Source: an uncultured Deinococcaceae bacterium
GTDB taxonomy: Bacteria; Deinococcota; Deinococci; Deinococcales; Deinococcaceae
Length of the DNA: 64,000 nucleotides
Assembly: GCA_964252075.1 (NCBI GenBank)
Contig: CAXULY010000019.1
Location: forward strand, 30,221-94,220
Direction: 5' to 3'
Position numbers and translations under genes: made by a program. This document shows, piece by piece, positions 22,132-31,193 of this stretch; the first letter of the stretch is position 1; each line of letters begins with the position of its first letter. Below the pieces are notes generated by a model. The model made no database searches. It was not told where the DNA came from and worked only from the letters and a program-made list of their open reading frames with translations.

Positions 22132-22911
22132 TTATGGGCTGGCAGGCGTCGTGGGCACCCGCACGTCACCCGTGGTGGGGAGAGCGCCGTGTGTGTGGAA
22201 GTGCAGGGCACTGAAATCCAGAGAGACCAGCAGCGGTTCGGGGACCTTGAGGCCCCGACCGTCGTACGCGTAGATGCGCCGCCGGATGGGCAGCTTCAGG
22301 CCCTGCACGTCCTGGTATCCGCTGGGGTAGTTCGCCCCCGTCGCTCCGCCGAGGATGTCGACGGTGTAGTCGTGACGCCGCATGAGCCCATCCGGTCCGA
22401 AGTGCGTGACCTGCGTGCGGGTGTGACTTCGGATGTGATCCGGGAAGGTCACCCGGAGGCGGCGCCACGTCTCTCCCCGCTCCTGCCAGGGCTCAATTTC
22501 CTCCGTCTCGAACCCGGGGTAGGTGTACAGGAAGGGGGAAGTCAAGTACGTCCAGAGCGCCTCACTGGCGAAGTACGCCACATGAAACGGGTCCCATGGC
22601 GTGTCCTGGGTCTGCCCGACGAACGCCGCTTCCGGCTGGTCCCGCGCCTCCAGCACCCGCCCTTCAGGCGTTTCGAGCGTGAGCCGTTGCGGCACGAATG
22701 CGATGTGGGTGTCCGGCCCGGCGAAGGGCGTGATGGTCAAGCGCTGCGCGTGCGTCTCTAACTTGATGACCTTGTCGTCCAGCAGGCCCGGTTGCTGCTT
22801 GATGTGCCAGATGGCGCCCCCAATGGACACCTGGGCGGTGAGGGTCGTGAAGGCGTTCCAGCGGTCGAGGCCGCCGTGCGCTTTGAGGGCGAACGCGAGC
22901 AACTCATTCAT
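22132..22911 (-). CDS. Conserved hypothetical protein
   Basis: AHGGLDRW, WDPFHVAYF, GLMRRHDY; RBS AGGAG; overlaps the MFS gene stop. Confidence 0.8.
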   Translation of the reverse strand: MNELLAFALKAHGGLDRWNAFTTLTAQVSIGGAIWHIKQQPGLLDDKVIKLETHAQRLTITPFAGPDTHIAFVPQRLTLETPEGRVLEARDQPEAAFVGQTQDTPWDPFHVAYFASEALWTYLTSPFLYTYPGFETEEIEPWQERGETWRRLRVTFPDHIRSHTRTQVTHFGPDGLMRRHDYTVDILGGATGANYPSGYQDVQGLKLPIRRRIYAYDGRGLKVPEPLLVSLDFSALHFHTHGALPTTGDVRVPTTPASP

Positions 22912-24187
22912 GACGTTCTCCTGAGGGTGGCGAGGCAGGCAGACCACCCGTGGGTAGCGGCCGTGTGGCGGATACCCGCTCAGCGAGGCGCTCCTGGCGC
23001 CATTGGGTGAGTAGGCCGGCGAGGGTGACGGCCGCCGTGACGAGGGCGTACACCGTGACCGTGACGCGCAGGCCGAGCGGCGCGATGAGCGTCCCGGCGA
23101 TCAGCACCGGCAGGCCGAAGGCGAGGTACGCGACGACGTACACCGAGGCGAACACCGCGGCGCGCCGATCTGGGGGCACGAGTGGGCTGAGGGTCCGCAA
23201 TGCGCCCGAGAACGACCAGCCGAAGCCCGCGCCGCTGAGCACCCCGCCCGCCACGAACCACGGCCATTGCGACGTCCAGAGGCCCAGCACGACCACCAAT
23301 GTGCCCGCGAGGAGGGCGGCGCCACCGAAGCGCGTCATGACGCGGCCCGTGAATTGAGCGCCGAGCAGCGCCACCACCACCGCCGATCCCGGCTCCAGCG
23401 CGACGATCAGACCGACCAGGGCGCCGCCCGTCAGGTGCAGAGGGTCGCGCAGGATGGATGGGCCGAGCCCCAGGAACAACCCCGCGACCATCCAGGCGCT
23501 GAGGTGCACCGGCACCGCGGCTCGGAATTCGCGCCGCACCGACGTTCCCAGCCGAAGCGCATCCGCCGTGGGTGCCGCGCCGTGCGGTCCCAGGACCGTC
23601 TCGTGGGTGCGAAGCAGGCCGATGAGCACCACGGCGGTAACCGCCCCCAGCGCGGCGTACACCCAGGCGTTCGGGTGAGGCGCGACCTGCACCGCCACGC
23701 CTGTGAGCGCCACGCCGAGTGCCAGACCACCCGCCGGGATCACGCTGGCAAGCACCGCCCCGAGCGCTTTCAGGCGCGGCGGGGCCAATTCCGCGATGAA
23801 GGCGGTGAACGCGCCCGTCGCGGCGCCCGTCGTTACGCCCTGTAGGGCCCGCGCGGCAATGAGGACCGTGATGTTCGGCGCACCCGCGAACATCGCGGTG
23901 ACCAGCAGTTGCGTGGCCAGCGCGCCCAGCAGCACCGGGCGCCGCCCCACCCGGTCCGACAAGGCCCCCACCGTGAGCAGTGCGGCGATGAGGCCGAAGG
24001 CGTAGATGGCGAAGGCCAAGGTGAGCAGCCACGGTGCGAAGCGCCAGCTGTGTTGGAAGTTCACCAGGAGCGGGGTGGTGGCACCCGCCGCCACGAAGAG
24101 CGCCGTGAACCCGACGGCGGCGTTCACGAACGCCGGAAGCGGAGGCAGCCGCCGGGGGGCCTGCGCGGTGGGCTTGGGGAGCGTCAC
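22904..24187 (-). CDS. MFS transporter
   Basis: About 12 TM segments; motif A GALSDRVGRRPV; ARALQG. Confidence 0.92.
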   Translation of the reverse strand: MTLPKPTAQAPRRLPPLPAFVNAAVGFTALFVAAGATTPLLVNFQHSWRFAPWLLTLAFAIYAFGLIAALLTVGALSDRVGRRPVLLGALATQLLVTAMFAGAPNITVLIAARALQGVTTGAATGAFTAFIAELAPPRLKALGAVLASVIPAGGLALGVALTGVAVQVAPHPNAWVYAALGAVTAVVLIGLLRTHETVLGPHGAAPTADALRLGTSVRREFRAAVPVHLSAWMVAGLFLGLGPSILRDPLHLTGGALVGLIVALEPGSAVVVALLGAQFTGRVMTRFGGAALLAGTLVVVLGLWTSQWPWFVAGGVLSGAGFGWSFSGALRTLSPLVPPDRRAAVFASVYVVAYLAFGLPVLIAGTLIAPLGLRVTVTVYALVTAAVTLAGLLTQWRQERLAERVSATRPLPTGGLPASPPSGERHE

Positions 24188-24236
24188 GTCGTCCCTCCTG
24201 CTTCATCCGGCGTGCGCCCGCCGGCGGAATGGCGTG

Positions 24237-24983
24237 TCAGTGGGCCTGTGCGGCGGTCTCGATGACGCGTGCGACCGCGGCGGGCTGCGAGATGTACACC
24301 ACGTGGCTGGCCTTGATTTCTGTCGTGATGGACTTCGAACGCTGGTACATGAAGCGCTCGAGGTTCGGGTTGATGGAATGGTCGTCCGTCGCGACAACGG
24401 CGTAGCTGGGCTTGGTGCGCCAGGCGGGTGACGTGACGTTGGTGGTGGCCGCCTTCACGGCGAGACCCACCTGCGAGCGCGCCATCAGGTCGCTCACCGC
24501 GTCAGGAAGGTCCGCGGCGAAGTCCGCGTGGAAGGTGCCGGGGTCGATGTAGAGGAAGCCGTCCGGGGTGGGTGCGGCGCCTTTCGCGGCAGGCGGCATG
24601 CTGGCGTTCAGCGCGCCGAGGCTTTCGCCTTCGTCCGGCTGGAAGGCCGCAACATACACCAGGGCCTGCACGTGCGCGTTGTTGCCGGCCTCGGTGATGA
24701 TCACGCCGCCGTAACTGTGTCCGACCAGGATGGCGGGGCCGTCCTGGCGGTCCAGGATGCGGTTCGTCGCGGCGACGTCGTCTTCGAGGGACGTTTCGGG
24801 AGGCTGCACGATGCTGACGGTGTAGCCGTCGTTGAGCAAGATAACGGCGACGGCGTTCCAGCCGGAACCATCGGCAAACGCGCCGTGCACCAGCACAATG
24901 TTCTTGACGGCGCCGGCTGGTGCGGCGAGGGCGGGGGTCATCAGGGCACTCAGGGCGAGGGCGGTCCGGGCGATTCGGTGCAT
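24237..24983 (-). CDS. Alpha/beta hydrolase with signal peptide
   Basis: VLVHGAFADGSGW, nucleophile GHSYGG, catalytic ASH. Confidence 0.92.
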   Translation of the reverse strand: MHRIARTALALSALMTPALAAPAGAVKNIVLVHGAFADGSGWNAVAVILLNDGYTVSIVQPPETSLEDDVAATNRILDRQDGPAILVGHSYGGVIITEAGNNAHVQALVYVAAFQPDEGESLGALNASMPPAAKGAAPTPDGFLYIDPGTFHADFAADLPDAVSDLMARSQVGLAVKAATTNVTSPAWRTKPSYAVVATDDHSINPNLERFMYQRSKSITTEIKASHVVYISQPAAVARVIETAAQAH

Positions 24984-25042
24984 GGCGGGTCTCCTTCACG
25001 AACGTGGAACAAGGGCGGTGGGCGTGGCGAAGCCAGGAAGGG

Positions 25043-25777
25043 TCAGGCGTGCGCGGTGTTGCCGATGACCTCCAGCGCCTTGAGGATGAACACCGTGACC
25101 GTCTCGGGCTGGCTGAGCGCCACGGCGTGAGACGCGTCCACCTCGGTGGTGGTGGCGTTCATGCGGCGGGCCGCGTCGCGCTGAGAGTCCGGGTGGATCG
25201 CGTGGTCCTGCGTGGTGATTAGAAACCAGCTGGGCCGCGTGCGCCAGACGGGCTCCACCGTGAGTGGTTCGTCGAAGGTGGCGGCCGCGAGCGGCCGCTG
25301 ACTCGCGGCGAGCACCGCCGCGCGCTCTGCTGGCAGGTCACCGGCGAACACGTCCGCGAAGAGCGCCCGTTGAATGGAAACCTCTGGCGCGCTGCCGTCT
25401 CCGGTGGGGTACGCGCGCACCTCGGTGGAGGTCGCCAGCAAGGGGGGCGGGAAGGCGCTGGTGGCCTGGTTGATGGTCTGCCCCTGATCGAGCCCGAAGG
25501 CGCCGACGTACACCACGCCCCGCACGTTGTCCGCGCGGGCCCCGGCGTGGGTGATGACCGGGCCGCCGTAGGAATGACCGACCAGCAGCACCGGCCCTTC
25601 AATCTGGCGGGCGACGCTGGCGACGTACTCGCCGTCCGACGCGATCTGCCGCAAGGGGTTCGGCACCGCCAGGACTGAGACGCCCGCCTGCTGGAGGCGC
25701 TCGGTGACGCTCGACCAGCTGGACGCGTCAGCGAACGCTCCATGAACGAGGACGACCGTGGGAGAGTCTGGATTCAT
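25043..25777 (-). CDS. Alpha/beta hydrolase (cytoplasmic paralog)
   Basis: VLVHGAFADASSW, GHSYGG, DASHA; RBS AGGAGGAG. Confidence 0.92.
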   Translation of the reverse strand: MNPDSPTVVLVHGAFADASSWSSVTERLQQAGVSVLAVPNPLRQIASDGEYVASVARQIEGPVLLVGHSYGGPVITHAGARADNVRGVVYVGAFGLDQGQTINQATSAFPPPLLATSTEVRAYPTGDGSAPEVSIQRALFADVFAGDLPAERAAVLAASQRPLAAATFDEPLTVEPVWRTRPSWFLITTQDHAIHPDSQRDAARRMNATTTEVDASHAVALSQPETVTVFILKALEVIGNTAHA

Positions 25778-25906
25778 GCGCTCCTCCTGCTGATGCGGTC
25801 CAGGCGGGTTGAAGCTCACTCTGGCGCGCATCACGGAGCATGCTGCGATGCGCGCCGTGTCACGGGCGTTTCCTCATCCCGAACGGCGGTGAAACGCCCA
25901 TGAAGA

Positions 25907-28630
25907 ATGGGTGTACCGTTGAGGGTGTACCTTCGGACACTCGGGGCCCTGGAGTTGCAGGGCGCGACCTACCCGCGCCCCAAATCCCTGCTGCTGCTGA
26001 GTTACCTCGCCGTGGAGGGCGGGCGGGACCGCCGTCACCTGAGCGAGCTGTTCTTTGGGCAGGCGAGGGACGCGCTGGGCAGCCTGCGCATCACCCTCAG
26101 TCGGCTGCGTACCTCCGTCCCGGGCGCTTTCGAGGAAGGTGAGGAGGGCCTCAAAGCGACTTTGGAGTGCGACGCGCGCGCGCTGCTCAAGCACCTGGAT
26201 GCGGGGGAGCTGGAGCTGGGTGTGCAGGCGTACAGCGGCGCCTTCCTGCCGGGCCTGCGCGTGCCGGACTGGGGGGTGGAGCTGGAGGAATGGGTGTACG
26301 CGACGCGCGAGTACCTCGCGGGGCGCGTGCGGGCGGCGCTGCTGACGCTCGGCGAGCGTCGCGCCGGGCAGGGTGACTTCCTGAGTGGCGCGGCGCTCGC
26401 CGAGCGCGCCCTGACGCTGGCCGGAGCGCCCGAGCCTGAAGTTGAGCAGATCCGCCGGATGGATGCGCTGCTGAGCGCCGCGGACAGTCCACACCTGGCG
26501 CTCCTCAGGCAGCGCGCCCAGTCGGCCGGCGTCACGTTGCTCGGCAGCGGCGCTGAAGCGCGCCGCGCGTTGGGGCGCACGCCCGCGTTCTCCGCGAACG
26601 TCGGCCCGCGCGGCCTGCCCACGCGCGCCACGTCGTTCGTGGGGCGGCGCGTGGAGCAGGCGGAGGTGCTGCGCGCGCTGGACCGACCGGAGGTGCGGCT
26701 CCTGACGCTGGTTGGTCCGGGCGGCATCGGTAAGACCCGCCTCGCCCTGGAGGTGGCGCGGCGGGCGAGCCACCGAGGCGCGGCGGCGTTCGTATCGCTC
26801 GAGGCGGCCGCGTCCGTCCTGACGCTGCCCGACTCCTTCGCCTGCGCCCTCGGCCTGACCCTCGCGGCGAACGTCCCGCCCCTCGAGGCGCTCATTGATG
26901 TCCTCAAGGACACGCGGCTGCTTCTTGTGCTGGACAGCGTGGAGCACCTCCTCAAGGGCGTGCCGTACCTCTCGCGGCTGCTGCAGGCGTGCCCTGGGGT
27001 GACCGTCCTCGTCACCTCACGGGAGCGGCTGGGGCTGCAAGAGGAGTTCCTCCTGACACTCGGCGGCCTCACGGTGCCCGCGAGCGGTGAAGGCCTCGAC
27101 GACGCGCGGCGCGCCGAGGCGGTGGAGCTGTTCGTGCGCCGCGCGCAGCGGGCCCGCCTGGACTTCGATCTGAGCCTCGAAAACCTGGCGGCGGTGCGGG
27201 AGGTGTGCCTGCTGGTGGGCGGCTCCCCGCTGGGCGTCGAACTGGCCGCCGCGTGGGTTCGGATGATGCCGGTGGAGGACATCGCCGAAGAGGTCCGCCG
27301 CACGCTGGATGTGCTGCAGACCAGCGATGAGGACGTCTCGACGCGTCACCACAGCGTACGCGCGGTTTTCGAGCAAACGTGGGAACGCCTCACCGCCGAG
27401 GAGCGATCGGTGATGGTTCACCTGTCGGTCTTCCGGGGAGGCTTCACGCGCGAAGCGGCGGGCGCGGTTTCCGGGGCCACGCTGCCCGCGCTGGCGAACC
27501 TGGTGGACAAATCCCTGGTGCGCGTCGCGGAACACGGGCGGTACGATCTGCACGTGCTGCTTCAGCAGTTCATCCGGGAGGTGCTCGCGCGGGACCCGCA
27601 GGAGCAGGCGCGCGCCGAGGCGGCGCACCGCGCGTGCATGCTGCGCTTCGTGGAGGAAGCGGGGAATGCGATCCGGCGCCTGCACGATGAAAAACGCTGG
27701 CAGGACCGCATCAACCGGGACATCGAGAATGTGCGTTCGGCACTGGAAGGGTGGCTGGCCGACGGGCAGGTGCGGGAGGCGCTGCGGTGCGTGGAGGCCC
27801 TGCGCAACTTCTGGCCGCGCACCGGTCGGATGCGCGAGGCGCGCCGCTGGTTGCGGCGGGTGCTGGATGCCGAGGCGGTGCCGCCGCAGATCCTGCGGCT
27901 GTCCCTCGCGCTTGACGGCGAAATGGCGTTCTACCTCCACCAGTACGATGAGGCGCGGCAGCAGCTGGAGGCTGCGGTGGCGATCGCCGAGCAGCTGGGG
28001 CTGCCCAGCGCCCTGCAGTGGCTGCACCTCGGCTCGACCGCGCAACGGGTAGGCAACATGGAGGCCGCCCAGCGCCATTTTGAGCGGGCACTCACGGAGT
28101 TCCAGAACCAAGGCAACGTCGGGGGGGTCGCTGCGGCCCTAAACAACCTCGGGGTGGTCCTCACGGCCGCCGGGGCGTACCCAAACGCCCTCTTGCGCTT
28201 CGAGGAGGCGCTGGCGGCCAAGCGTGCGCTGGGCGGGGATGTGGACTCCGTCCTCATGTACCTGGGTCAGCTGTTCGTGCGGATGGGCCGGTACGACGAC
28301 GCCCGGGACCACTTCTTCCAGGCCCTCCGCGGCCTGATGGAGCGGGGCTTCCACCATTACGTCCCGGATGTGCTCGAGGGGCTGGGAACGGTCGCGTCCG
28401 CTCAGGAACGTCCGCATGAAGCCGGCGTGTTGTGGGGCGCGGCGCAGCGGCAGCGCGAGGATCTTGACGTGCAGCGGTCGCTGGAGGAACGCGAACGGTT
28501 CGAGCAGTTGATCAGTCCGGTGCGAATGCAGCTGGGGGTGGCGGCCTTCGAGGCCGCCTGGACTGAGGGCCACGCGTGGAATGCGCAGCGACTGACGGCA
28601 TATGCTCAGCGCCCCCATCACATCCAGTGA
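25907..28630 (+). CDS. SARP/BTAD-like regulator with NB-ARC/STAND ATPase and TPR repeats
   Basis: N-terminal LRTLGALEL...LLSYLAVEG; Walker A GPGGIGKTRLA; LLVLDS, VTSRERL, GSPLGVELAA; TPR ALNNLG. Confidence 0.9.
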   Translation: MGVPLRVYLRTLGALELQGATYPRPKSLLLLSYLAVEGGRDRRHLSELFFGQARDALGSLRITLSRLRTSVPGAFEEGEEGLKATLECDARALLKHLDAGELELGVQAYSGAFLPGLRVPDWGVELEEWVYATREYLAGRVRAALLTLGERRAGQGDFLSGAALAERALTLAGAPEPEVEQIRRMDALLSAADSPHLALLRQRAQSAGVTLLGSGAEARRALGRTPAFSANVGPRGLPTRATSFVGRRVEQAEVLRALDRPEVRLLTLVGPGGIGKTRLALEVARRASHRGAAAFVSLEAAASVLTLPDSFACALGLTLAANVPPLEALIDVLKDTRLLLVLDSVEHLLKGVPYLSRLLQACPGVTVLVTSRERLGLQEEFLLTLGGLTVPASGEGLDDARRAEAVELFVRRAQRARLDFDLSLENLAAVREVCLLVGGSPLGVELAAAWVRMMPVEDIAEEVRRTLDVLQTSDEDVSTRHHSVRAVFEQTWERLTAEERSVMVHLSVFRGGFTREAAGAVSGATLPALANLVDKSLVRVAEHGRYDLHVLLQQFIREVLARDPQEQARAEAAHRACMLRFVEEAGNAIRRLHDEKRWQDRINRDIENVRSALEGWLADGQVREALRCVEALRNFWPRTGRMREARRWLRRVLDAEAVPPQILRLSLALDGEMAFYLHQYDEARQQLEAAVAIAEQLGLPSALQWLHLGSTAQRVGNMEAAQRHFERALTEFQNQGNVGGVAAALNNLGVVLTAAGAYPNALLRFEEALAAKRALGGDVDSVLMYLGQLFVRMGRYDDARDHFFQALRGLMERGFHHYVPDVLEGLGTVASAQERPHEAGVLWGAAQRQREDLDVQRSLEERERFEQLISPVRMQLGVAAFEAAWTEGHAWNAQRLTAYAQRPHHIQ

Positions 28631-28978
28631 GGGCAGCGGGGCTCGCTTCAATTCGCGCTGTCACCCCGATTCTGCGTGTGCAATGGTGGCGTACGCGGAG
28701 GTCTGGCAGCAACACCTGCCGCGCCTCCGTTCGCATCGTGAGCAAGGGCTCAGTGCGGCGTGCCTGCAGCGGTCCGCGGCTTCGGGGGACACCCACCCTG
28801 CCCTGGTCAACGCGACGGTGACTGCAGCGGTCATCCTGGTCGTCGGCCTCAAATCCCCTCCTCTTCAGCAGGCTCAGCGCTGAGGGAGTTGTCCCGTGAT
28901 GATGGTCGGGCAATCCGAGCAAATGTGTCGGGTGCGCCCTTCGACCCGCACCGTGCGCTCCGACCACACCCGTCCCAT

Positions 28979-29476
28979 TCAGAGCTTCTGGCGGCCCACC
29001 GCGCGCCGGGCGCGGTCCTGCAGGTCCCGCCACTGCTTCTCGGCGTCCACCGTGTCCTCCCGGTCCTCGTTCGCGTCCTGCTGGTCATGCCAGCCGGGCG
29101 GTGCGGCATGCTCGGGCAGCTCCCACGCCGGCACGTCCCCCAGCCCAAGGCTGCGTCGGATGGCCTCCAGCGCGCGGGGCAGGCCGGGGTACTTCTCGTC
29201 GATCACCTGGCGGAGCTTCAGGCGCACGGCCTCCTCGTGGTCGAGGAGCGTCGCGTCCTGCGGGGATTCCCGTCGGCGGTAGATCAGGAAGGCGGGGTCC
29301 TGCGCTCGGCGTCCAGACTGGCGGCCCTCGCCCTTCTCCAGTACGTCGAACACCCACCGCTCGACGTCCCGCCAGCCCGCCTCCCCGACGTCCACGCCGC
29401 TGGACCGCTCCAACTGCTCGCGGTTCGCGACCTGCAGGTTGATGCCATCCGGCGCCCACACCAGCACGAGGCGCAC
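28979..29476 (-). CDS. Hypothetical protein, possibly a 5'-truncated fragment
   Basis: Strong GC3 bias; the frame stays open upstream of the GTG with no better start. Confidence 0.45.
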   Translation of the reverse strand: MRLVLVWAPDGINLQVANREQLERSSGVDVGEAGWRDVERWVFDVLEKGEGRQSGRRAQDPAFLIYRRRESPQDATLLDHEEAVRLKLRQVIDEKYPGLPRALEAIRRSLGLGDVPAWELPEHAAPPGWHDQQDANEDREDTVDAEKQWRDLQDRARRAVGRQKL

Positions 29477-29620
29477 GTCCTCCTGCTGGAAGGACGGCAG
29501 CTCGTCACTGCCCTCGGGCCGCTCGCGCCACGTCCTCCGGACGCTGAGGAGGTCCCCTTGACCTTAGCGGAACGCGACTGTCGCACGCCACACCGCTGAG
29601 GCCCCTCATGGCATGCACGT

Positions 29621-29654
29621 TGTGACGCGCATGTGACGCTCGAGCCCGCACACT
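29621..29654 (+). promoter_or_regulatory. Direct-repeat activator site (TGTGACGC-N3-TGTGACGC) with -10-like CACACT
   Basis: Perfect 8-mer repeat with 11-bp period at 29621-29639; CACACT at 29649-29654. Confidence 0.55.
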
Positions 29655-29663
29655 GGGTCACCC

Positions 29664-30329
29664 ATGCGAACCCGCCTCCGCACGGCCCTGGCCCTCGTCA
29701 CCCTCACCGCCCTCGCCTCCGCGGCGCTCGCCGCCAAGACCACCGTAAGCATCGCCGGACAGACCGTCACGGTGGACAGCACCGTCGTCAAAGGCCGCAC
29801 GTACATCGACCTCAAGCAACTGCAGGACGCCCTCAAGGCGGCCGGCGGCGCCAACCAGGGCGCCAGCGTCACAGGCTGCCTGAACGAAGCCCTGTTCAAC
29901 GGCATCTGGCGCCTGCGCGTCACGAAGGTCGAGGCCGCCCCCAACCCTGACCGGGGGAACCTGCCCGCGTACCACCTGACGATGCAGCTGACCAACGGGA
30001 CGGCCAAGACGCTCGATCCAGACTCCACCGGCATCCAGACGGGCAACGCCTACAACGTGTTCTTTGCAGATGGCAACAGCATCGCCGCCCCGGTGAGCAC
30101 CAGCGTGCGGTTCCAGGACAAGACCTGGGCCAAGCTGCCGCAGGGCGCCGGCGAGAACCTGGAGTTCTGGTTCACGCCGGACGATGGTCGGACGCTGGAT
30201 CAGCTGAAGACGGGCATGCCGCAGAAGTTCCTGTTCGAGGTCAAGCCGGACGAGCTGGACAAGGACCTGAAGGTGGGCTACACGGTCAAGGACCCCAGCT
30301 TCCGCGTCAACCTCACCTGCACCAAGTAA
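29664..30329 (+). CDS. Secreted hypothetical protein (beta-rich)
   Basis: Sec signal ending ALA; GCLNEALFNGIWRLRV; two Cys. Confidence 0.85.
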   Translation: MRTRLRTALALVTLTALASAALAAKTTVSIAGQTVTVDSTVVKGRTYIDLKQLQDALKAAGGANQGASVTGCLNEALFNGIWRLRVTKVEAAPNPDRGNLPAYHLTMQLTNGTAKTLDPDSTGIQTGNAYNVFFADGNSIAAPVSTSVRFQDKTWAKLPQGAGENLEFWFTPDDGRTLDQLKTGMPQKFLFEVKPDELDKDLKVGYTVKDPSFRVNLTCTK

Positions 30330-30395
30330 AGCGGATGGGGACGCAGGTCGAAACGCCCCACGCTCTCCCCCGAGTGGTCCCCCTCCTGGATACCC

Positions 30396-31056
30396 ATGAA
30401 CAAGACCGTGCCGCTCATTGCGGCCGTGCTGGTGCTAACTGCCTGCCCGGCCGCCGTGCCCACCACACCGCCCGCACCCCCCGCCGGCCGCGACGGTACA
30501 CCTGCGGCTCTCCGGAACGCCCGGTCCGCCCAGCTGGACACTCGGCGCGGCCCATGTGGAGGTGCGGCGCTCCAGCGGGCAGCTCGGCCAGCCCGGCGCG
30601 CCCATCGCCGAGGGCGACAGTGACGCGCTGGGCGCGGTCACCCTCACGCTGCCCGCCGCCGCCGATGCGGCGCTCGTGGACGCGACGCGCACGCCGGATG
30701 ACGTCGCGCACCTCTCCCCGGAGCTGAGTGGTCCGTGCGCCGTCACGCCCAGCAGCAGCGACGCCACCGCGCGCATCGTGATCGGGTCCGAGTACCGCTT
30801 CAGCACCAGCGAAGGGGGCGGCTCGGCCGCCGCGTACCGCCTGACGAACAGCATGGAAAAGGGCGTGGAGCTGGACCTGCTGGTGTTTTCGACCAGGGCC
30901 ACCACCGTCACGGGGCCCTTGACGTGCGGGAGCTTCTCGAAGTCCGTGGATGACGGGTTGAGTGCGGGCTGGAACCTGAGGCGCGTCACGGCCGCCAGAG
31001 GCACCTCTTCGATCTCCGCCCTTCCGCTGGACACGGTCATTCAGGTCACCCGCTGA
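30396..31056 (+). pseudogene. Lipoprotein split by a frameshift in a C6 tract (30477-30482)
   Basis: Lipobox LTAC. Removing one C joins PTTPPAPP to AATVHLRLSG...SWTLGAAHVEVRR, the frame of ORF 30556-31056. Confidence 0.7.
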
Positions 31057-31193
31057 CGGGCCGGTCACTGGACCCGCCTAGTCGGACGGCGTCGCCCTCC
31101 GCGGGCCCTGAACGCATCGCGGGTTGCCGCCCGCGGGACGTCCTGGGTGGTGCACCCGTCACCCGCCCAGGACGGGCGGGTGCTTGATCGGGC

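Noticed and set aside
19136..31193. Target-site duplication or terminal repeats bounding the block between the MoxR and vWA genes
   Set aside because: No direct or inverted repeat was found by eye at either junction, so a single insertion event is unproven.
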